A stretch of 64,000 nucleotides of DNA from Chryseotalea sanaruensis (GTDB lineage Bacteria > Bacteroidota > Bacteroidia > Cytophagales > Cyclobacteriaceae). Within the stretch, counting starts at the first letter, position 1. The number at the start of each line of letters is the position of its first letter. The notes under the pieces were generated by a model. It made no database searches and was not told the DNA's origin. It saw only the letters and a program-made list of their open reading frames with translations. Of this stretch, positions 58,731 to 64,000 are shown piece by piece. Location of the stretch: NCBI RefSeq assembly GCF_003990915.1, contig NZ_BHXQ01000001.1:177402-241401 (forward strand), written 5' to 3'. The translations under genes were made by a program, and so were the position numbers.

Positions 58731-59288
58731 ATGTCACTAAAAGAAAATAAAGGGTATTCAACAGAGGAAATCAATCAATACAAAGCCGAGATGAAAGCTT
58801 TGGGCAAAACTTTTTTATACGATGATGATGATGATCGTACTGAAGAGTATGCTCATTTCTTTTTTATAGGGAAAAATGAGGACAAAGAGGTGATCTATGA
58901 TGCTGTATTGTATACGTTACGCATGCAACATGAAGGTGAATTATTCGAGATAGCTGAACACCGTGCCGCTCAGCAATTTCCTCAGTATAAAAAGATTGAC
59001 TATGAAGAAGATGAAAACGGCAACCTTGAACCGCTGGATGATTTGGAAGAGGAAATAGGACTGTTTATGGCGGAGGTGATCATGGAGTTGGAGGAAGATG
59101 GTGCTGTAAAAGTGAAAGAGCACGTTGACAAAGACTTAAACGTAGATTTTGGGATAGCCCTTGATATAGGTCTTCACGTAGAAGAAGTTACCGAAGAGAC
59201 TATTGAAATATTTATAAAGGATTTTAATGAAGGAACTCTCAGACTTGACCCGACTATTTACACTTTTCAGATGAAGGAGTCGGTTTAG
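58731..59288 (+). CDS. Hypothetical acidic protein
   Basis: Clean 185 aa ORF, very Asp/Glu-rich ('YDDDDDRTEEY', 'EEDENGNLEPLDDLEEE'). No motif recognised. Confidence 0.45.
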   Translation: MSLKENKGYSTEEINQYKAEMKALGKTFLYDDDDDRTEEYAHFFFIGKNEDKEVIYDAVLYTLRMQHEGELFEIAEHRAAQQFPQYKKIDYEEDENGNLEPLDDLEEEIGLFMAEVIMELEEDGAVKVKEHVDKDLNVDFGIALDIGLHVEEVTEETIEIFIKDFNEGTLRLDPTIYTFQMKESV

Positions 59289-59505
59289 TGGTTGAGCGTT
59301 GGTCGTTGTTGGTTGTTCGTTTTTAGTCGCTCGTATTAGTTGTAGGTAAATTTCCTAAAATCAGGTAATCGAGATCATATCATGTTATTGACTATTCTAC
59401 TGTAAAGTCAGATAGCCATATAATTGTCTACTTACAATTTTTTGTTAGTTGAGTTCGGTGGCCTTGAACCTTCGATCAACCAACAACTAATAACGAACAA
59501 CGATT

Positions 59506-60354
59506 CTAGTAGTCACCCACAGTCTCCTCCAACTGAGCAAGTGCTTTCTTTAATTCCTCATCATTAGGCGCGACACCATGCCACTTGTGCGAGCCCATCA
59601 TGTAGTCTACACCAAAACCCATTTCGGTACGCATCAAATTAAGTACAGGCTTGCCCTGTTTAGCTAATGACTGTGCCTTTTCTATTCCGGCTACAACGTC
59701 TTCCATTACATTGCCATTGAATTCATTAACAATCCATCCAAAAGCTTCCCACTTTGCTTTTAAATCAAGTAGGTTGAGTATATCCTTTACAGGACCATCA
59801 ATCTGCTGACCGTTGTAATCTATGGTAGCAATAAGGTTATCTACTTTATTGTGAGCGGCATACATGGCAGCTTCCCATACTTGTCCTTCTTGTTGCTCGC
59901 CATCACCCATTAACACATAAACGAAACGATCGTCTTTATTAAGTCTTTTGGTTTGTGCAGCACCAATGGCTACTGAAAGACCTTGTCCCAGCGAACCTGA
60001 CGCTACGCGAATACCTGGAAGATGTTCGTGTGTAGCAGGGTGACCTTGTAATCTTGTATTTAGAAAACGGAATGTTGATAATTCTTTAGGATCGAAGTAC
60101 CCGGCTCTGGCAAGGGTTGAATACCAAACCGGAGAGATGTGGCCATTTGACAGAAAGAATAAGTCCTCCCCCTGAGCGTCCATTTTAAAGCTCTTGTCGT
60201 GCTTCATAAAATGGAAGTAAAGGGCAACAAAATACTCTACACATCCCAAAGAACCACCCGGATGTCCTGATTGACAGGCGTGTACCATGCGTACTATGTC
60301 GCGTCTGATCTGAGAAGAAAGCTTCTTAAGGGAGTTAATATCTGTAGTGGCCAT
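59506..60354 (-). CDS. Transketolase, N-terminal (thiamine-diphosphate-binding) subunit of a split transketolase
   Basis: 'HACQSGHPGGSLGCVE' and the ThDP motif 'GDGEQQEGQVWEA'. At 282 aa it is half a transketolase. No C-terminal subunit is adjacent. Confidence 0.8.
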   Translation of the reverse strand: MATTDINSLKKLSSQIRRDIVRMVHACQSGHPGGSLGCVEYFVALYFHFMKHDKSFKMDAQGEDLFFLSNGHISPVWYSTLARAGYFDPKELSTFRFLNTRLQGHPATHEHLPGIRVASGSLGQGLSVAIGAAQTKRLNKDDRFVYVLMGDGEQQEGQVWEAAMYAAHNKVDNLIATIDYNGQQIDGPVKDILNLLDLKAKWEAFGWIVNEFNGNVMEDVVAGIEKAQSLAKQGKPVLNLMRTEMGFGVDYMMGSHKWHGVAPNDEELKKALAQLEETVGDY

Positions 60355-60475
60355 GTCGATAAATTCTTGGCGCGAAGATGTAGGAAAAATGTTTTAAATC
60401 ATATTAAAAATGCAGCCCAAAAGCAGGTTGAGCTGCATTTTTAACGATAAAGAACAAAAAAACGTTAAGGGGTGT

Positions 60476-61048
60476 CTATTTTTTACTTGCTGCTTTTTTA
60501 CCAACTTTCTTGACTGTCTTTTTAGCTACTTTTTTAGCTGTTTTCTTGACAGGCTTTGGTTTTGTATTAGAAGTTTTTTTAGGTGGAGACTGTACTTCAC
60601 CTAAAATCTGTGAAGCATGAATCTTTGATTCGACCTTTTCAATTACTTCCTGTATTATCCCCTTTTCATCAATTACAAAAGTTACCCTTGCTGTTCCCAT
60701 ATAGGATCTGCCATACATTGATTTTTCTATCCAGGTTCCATAAGCATCGTGCATCTTCCTTTCGGTATCCGCTAATAGGCTAAAGGGTAGTTTCTCTTTT
60801 GCAATAAATTTCTGGTGCGATTTAGCAGTATCAGTGCTTACGCCCAGCACTTCATACCCTGCTCGTTGCAATACCTTATAATTGTCTCTTAAATTGCAGG
60901 CCTCTGTAGTGCAAGTTGGGGTTGCATCCTTAGGGTAAAAATAGAGCACTACTTTTTTACCTTTAAAATCGGTGAGTTTTACGATGTTGCCATCTTGATC
61001 AGGGACACCAAAATCTGGTGCCTTGCTGCCAACTTTTAGAAATGCCAT
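60476..61048 (-). CDS. bcp: Peroxiredoxin Bcp (AhpC/TSA family) with Lys/Ala-rich histone-like C-terminal tail
   Basis: 'FYPKDATPTCTTEAC' (peroxidatic and resolving Cys). The tail is 'PPKKTSNTKPKPVKKTAKKVAKKTVKKVGKKAASKK'. Confidence 0.85.
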   Translation of the reverse strand: MAFLKVGSKAPDFGVPDQDGNIVKLTDFKGKKVVLYFYPKDATPTCTTEACNLRDNYKVLQRAGYEVLGVSTDTAKSHQKFIAKEKLPFSLLADTERKMHDAYGTWIEKSMYGRSYMGTARVTFVIDEKGIIQEVIEKVESKIHASQILGEVQSPPKKTSNTKPKPVKKTAKKVAKKTVKKVGKKAASKK

Positions 61049-61050
61049 AG

Positions 61051-62934
61051 TTAAGGGATCAGTTGTTTATACGTTGCAATATTACCGGCACGATCGCTCA
61101 CAACTATTACCAAGTCTCCTTTAAGAAGTTCCTCCTTATTGAGTCGCTCAGATTTTATTGTGCCGCTTTTGCCATCAAAGTGCATTAACAACCATTTTCC
61201 GTTTATGTTTGCTTCGTAACGTTCTATTCCAGAAAGATCATCCTTAATTTTGAAGCTCACGTTCGAACGATTTACAACTATGGGTTTAATGCTTGGGGGA
61301 ATGGTATCTTGTGCTAATTGGTAAATTCCAAACTCACGCGTATTGAATTTTATTCTATCATTAACGACACTACCGCCAGCAAAACTAAGCTCGCTACCAG
61401 TTCTTCGATAGACACTCCAATTCTTTGTCCAGCTTTTGCTCATGTCATGTTTCCAGGCAATACTGATATAACGATGCAATGGAATAAGTGGGTCGCCTAC
61501 CTCAATAAATTGTGTGCTGTCTTGTAATCTCCCTTCTCTAGCTTTTAAAAATAGCGTATCATAAATACTCCCTTTCGGGAAAAATATTTCTGCATAATCG
61601 CCATAATAAGTGTAGGCTGTTGTGGATGGTACCATCGCTTTAAAATGCGTGATTAGTTTTTCATTGCCAAGGTTAATAGAGTCAGGAAGTTTTTTAGTTA
61701 GATCAATAAGATAAGTGGAGGAAAATTTACCACCATAGGCCAATGAAATTGTGTCAACGATACCTTTACTGAACGTAACGGCTTTTACATCTTTCGCAAG
61801 TGCTTCATTTATAGATAAGCTAAGCGTATTGTCTTGTATTTCACTTTTAAAATTACCTTTTACGCTATTATCCAAAAGAATTAGTTGCTCAGGCTGACTT
61901 CCTTTTAGTTTAAAATTAAGTGTAGCTGAGTTTGAAAAAATATCTTTGTAGATAATCTTGATGGATTTTTCTTCTCCACTTTTTATTTTAATAACGCCTT
62001 TGTTGGCGGCTACTGGATAAAAGGGTAAGGTATTGCCGTCATCAACATACAATTTATAAAACTTATTGTTGTTGCCTCGCAATGTTCTAAAACTCAGTAA
62101 GGCATTGATAGTTCGGCCTTCGGTCAAGTCGAGTTTTTCAATTACTTGTTTGAAAATAAGTTTTTCATTTTCATAGACTTCTACAAAATTAACCCCGCCA
62201 AAGTATGGACTTCCTGTTGCGAGTTTATCCTTGGCCAATAGTTCTATTCCAATATCGCCATAAGCAAGAATAGGGTAGGGCAAAAAGAAATCATTTCCGT
62301 TTCGTTGAACATAAAATTCTGTTCTGCCGAAACGATCGTTAATTCTTGATTGTGTATTCAACGTTTTCAGCGCCAGTTTTTCTGTATAAGGAGCTGCATT
62401 ATCGATAACCTCTGGAAAATTAAACGAGAGTGGATCCAATGCAAGATTGTTTTTGTCCCTGATATCAAAATGTAAGTGCGGCCCGCTTGAAGAACCTGTG
62501 TTACCTGAAAGTGCAATGGTATCTCCCTTCTTTACAGGAAACTGATTTTGTCTGAAGTATAAATCTATATCAAACGTTTTACGCCTGTATTGTTCTTGTA
62601 ATACATACTGACCAACACCACCACTAAATGAGTCAAGATGCGCGTATACGGAAGTGTTGCCATCGGGATGACGCACATATAAAACATTACCATAACCACC
62701 AGCACTCATCGCTGCCCTTGAAATATAGCCGGATTGTGTAGCCAGTACAGCCAAGCCAACCTGATTATTTGTGCGGATGTCTATACCTGTATGAAAATGA
62801 TTGGAGCGCAATTCACCCAGTGTGCCTGCTAGTGAAGCAGTTTGCCCCGGTTGTATAGGGAAAAGATAGCGGTCAGTTTGAGCGATCACGAATTGATGTG
62901 CACAAACCAGAAAAAGGAAAATTAAATATCTCAT
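61051..62934 (-). CDS. M23-family metallopeptidase with large C-terminal extension
   Basis: Signal peptide. 'HTGIDIRT', 'GNVLYVRHPDGNTSVYAHL', 'GPHLHFDIR' (HxxxD / HxH LytM motifs). Confidence 0.75.
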   Translation of the reverse strand: MRYLIFLFLVCAHQFVIAQTDRYLFPIQPGQTASLAGTLGELRSNHFHTGIDIRTNNQVGLAVLATQSGYISRAAMSAGGYGNVLYVRHPDGNTSVYAHLDSFSGGVGQYVLQEQYRRKTFDIDLYFRQNQFPVKKGDTIALSGNTGSSSGPHLHFDIRDKNNLALDPLSFNFPEVIDNAAPYTEKLALKTLNTQSRINDRFGRTEFYVQRNGNDFFLPYPILAYGDIGIELLAKDKLATGSPYFGGVNFVEVYENEKLIFKQVIEKLDLTEGRTINALLSFRTLRGNNNKFYKLYVDDGNTLPFYPVAANKGVIKIKSGEEKSIKIIYKDIFSNSATLNFKLKGSQPEQLILLDNSVKGNFKSEIQDNTLSLSINEALAKDVKAVTFSKGIVDTISLAYGGKFSSTYLIDLTKKLPDSINLGNEKLITHFKAMVPSTTAYTYYGDYAEIFFPKGSIYDTLFLKAREGRLQDSTQFIEVGDPLIPLHRYISIAWKHDMSKSWTKNWSVYRRTGSELSFAGGSVVNDRIKFNTREFGIYQLAQDTIPPSIKPIVVNRSNVSFKIKDDLSGIERYEANINGKWLLMHFDGKSGTIKSERLNKEELLKGDLVIVVSDRAGNIATYKQLIP

Positions 62935-62974
62935 TAAGTCAAAAAAATTAGGTAGCCCTTATGCTACCGCACGA

Positions 62975-63589
62975 TTACTTCACCTCAAAATCTAATAGCG
63001 TTTCACCTTCAATGGCTGCACTTAGCTTATTACCTACAATAACAGGACCAACGCCCTTAGGAGTTCCAGTGAATATAAGATCTCCTGTTCGCAGGGTAAA
63101 AAATTTGGACAAATAAGTAATGATATAGTCGAAATTGAACAGCATTAGGCTGGTGTTGCCTTGTTGTTTATTTACACCATCTATATCCAGACTAAAGTTG
63201 ATGTCTTGAAGGTTCTTAAAATCACCGACTGGTATAAATTTATCAGAGATAGGTGCTGAGCCATTAAAGCCTTTGGCAATGTCCCAGGGTAACCCTTTTT
63301 CTTTGGCTTTTTGCTGTAAGTCCCTGGCTGTGAAGTCAACACCAATACCAATGGCATCAAAATATTTAGACGCAAATTTCTCTTGTACATTTTTACCCTC
63401 CTTACTGATACGCAGCACCAGTTCAACTTCATAATGAATATCTTTAGAAAAGTCAGGGTAGTAGAAAGGTGCATTGCTGCGCAGAATGGCAGTATCGGGT
63501 TTGGTGAAGATAACAGGCTCATCCGGCCTTTCGTTATTCAACTCTTTAATGTGCTCTGCATAATTGCGTCCAATGGCAAATATTCTCAT
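62975..63589 (-). CDS. Fumarylacetoacetate hydrolase (FAH)-family protein
   Basis: 'FAIGRNYAEH' and the metal-binding 'HYEVELV...GVDFTARDLQ' pattern of the FAH fold. Confidence 0.8.
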   Translation of the reverse strand: MRIFAIGRNYAEHIKELNNERPDEPVIFTKPDTAILRSNAPFYYPDFSKDIHYEVELVLRISKEGKNVQEKFASKYFDAIGIGVDFTARDLQQKAKEKGLPWDIAKGFNGSAPISDKFIPVGDFKNLQDINFSLDIDGVNKQQGNTSLMLFNFDYIITYLSKFFTLRTGDLIFTGTPKGVGPVIVGNKLSAAIEGETLLDFEVK

Positions 63590-63673
63590 AGCTTATCCGT
63601 TGCTAAAACTTAAAGTTCAAATCTATTAAACAAAAAATGAATAGAATTGTATTTTTACACAAATCACAAGCCT

Positions 63674-64000
63674 ATGTTTAAAAAGGTAGTATTTCTTTTT
63701 GTGGCTGGCATTATATGCTATGCTTGCACTACAGTACCGGTAACAGGACGATCTCAGCTGAGCCTGGTCTCGAATAGCGAAATTATTCCTATGGCTGCCC
63801 AACAATACGATGAAGTGTTGAAGAAGGGGCCTATTTCAAATAACAAAGAACAAACGGACATGGTAAAACGTGTTGGTTTAAAAATCCAGACGGCAGTAGA
63901 GAAGTATATGGCTGAAAAGGGAGCGACTTCAGAATTGAAAGGCTTTGAATGGGAGTTTAATTTAATTGATGATCCACAAACGGTAAACGCATGGTGTATG
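63674..64000 (+). CDS. M48-family metalloprotease (BepA/LoiP-like lipoprotein), 3'-truncated at window edge
   Basis: Lipobox 'ICYACTT'. 'PQTVNAWCM' is the conserved segment preceding the M48 HExxH. No stop within the window. Confidence 0.6.
   Translation, partial: MFKKVVFLFVAGIICYACTTVPVTGRSQLSLVSNSEIIPMAAQQYDEVLKKGPISNNKEQTDMVKRVGLKIQTAVEKYMAEKGATSELKGFEWEFNLIDDPQTVNAWCM

Overview
This 64 kb window looks like an ordinary chromosomal segment of a Bacteroidota genome, probably Sphingobacteriia- or Chitinophagia-like. It is densely coding on both strands. Support for that lineage: T9SS C-terminal sorting domains, TAnnTTTG-type -7 promoter boxes, split transketolase, and a Thx-like ribosomal protein. 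Most genes are housekeeping: groES-groEL, a complete trpE-G-D-C-F-B-A operon extended by a DAHP synthase with trpS convergent on it, hisS, serC, ftsE, fsa/tal, xth, secG, miaB, ybaB, hutH, and tRNA-Glu(TTC). I also propose a small SRP RNA (ffs) that the ORF track cannot show. Envelope and regulatory modules include an ECF sigma / membrane protein / Spy-like periplasmic protein / outer-membrane barrel operon. A LuxR-type regulator sits upstream of a TonB-dependent receptor and a PepSY membrane protein. An NfeD-flotillin pair is present. The conserved miaB / sigma-54 activator / LptE-like / lysine-rich protein / secG cluster is also here. There are two T9SS cargo proteins and several metallopeptidases (M1, M13, M23, M50-like, M48). 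I see no CRISPR array, integrase, transposase, restriction-modification or other recognisable defence system. The candidate novelties are therefore modest. First, a DUF1905/OmdA gene is broken by two compensating 1-nt frameshifts. It sits next to a tandem family of hairpin repeats beside tRNA-Glu, with a fourth copy 11.5 kb away. Second, hisS carries a ~120 aa in-frame AT-rich insertion that echoes the preceding segment. Third, a very AT-rich lipoprotein gene is followed by a T9SS cargo gene. Fourth, an AT-palindromic motif (AATTTCAAATTTGAAATT and relatives) recurs in five intergenic regions. Fifth, there are perfect palindromes at module junctions. Sixth, three unrelated proteins carry histone-H1-like Lys/Ala-rich tails. 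All functional calls come from motif recognition in the supplied translations. No database search was possible.
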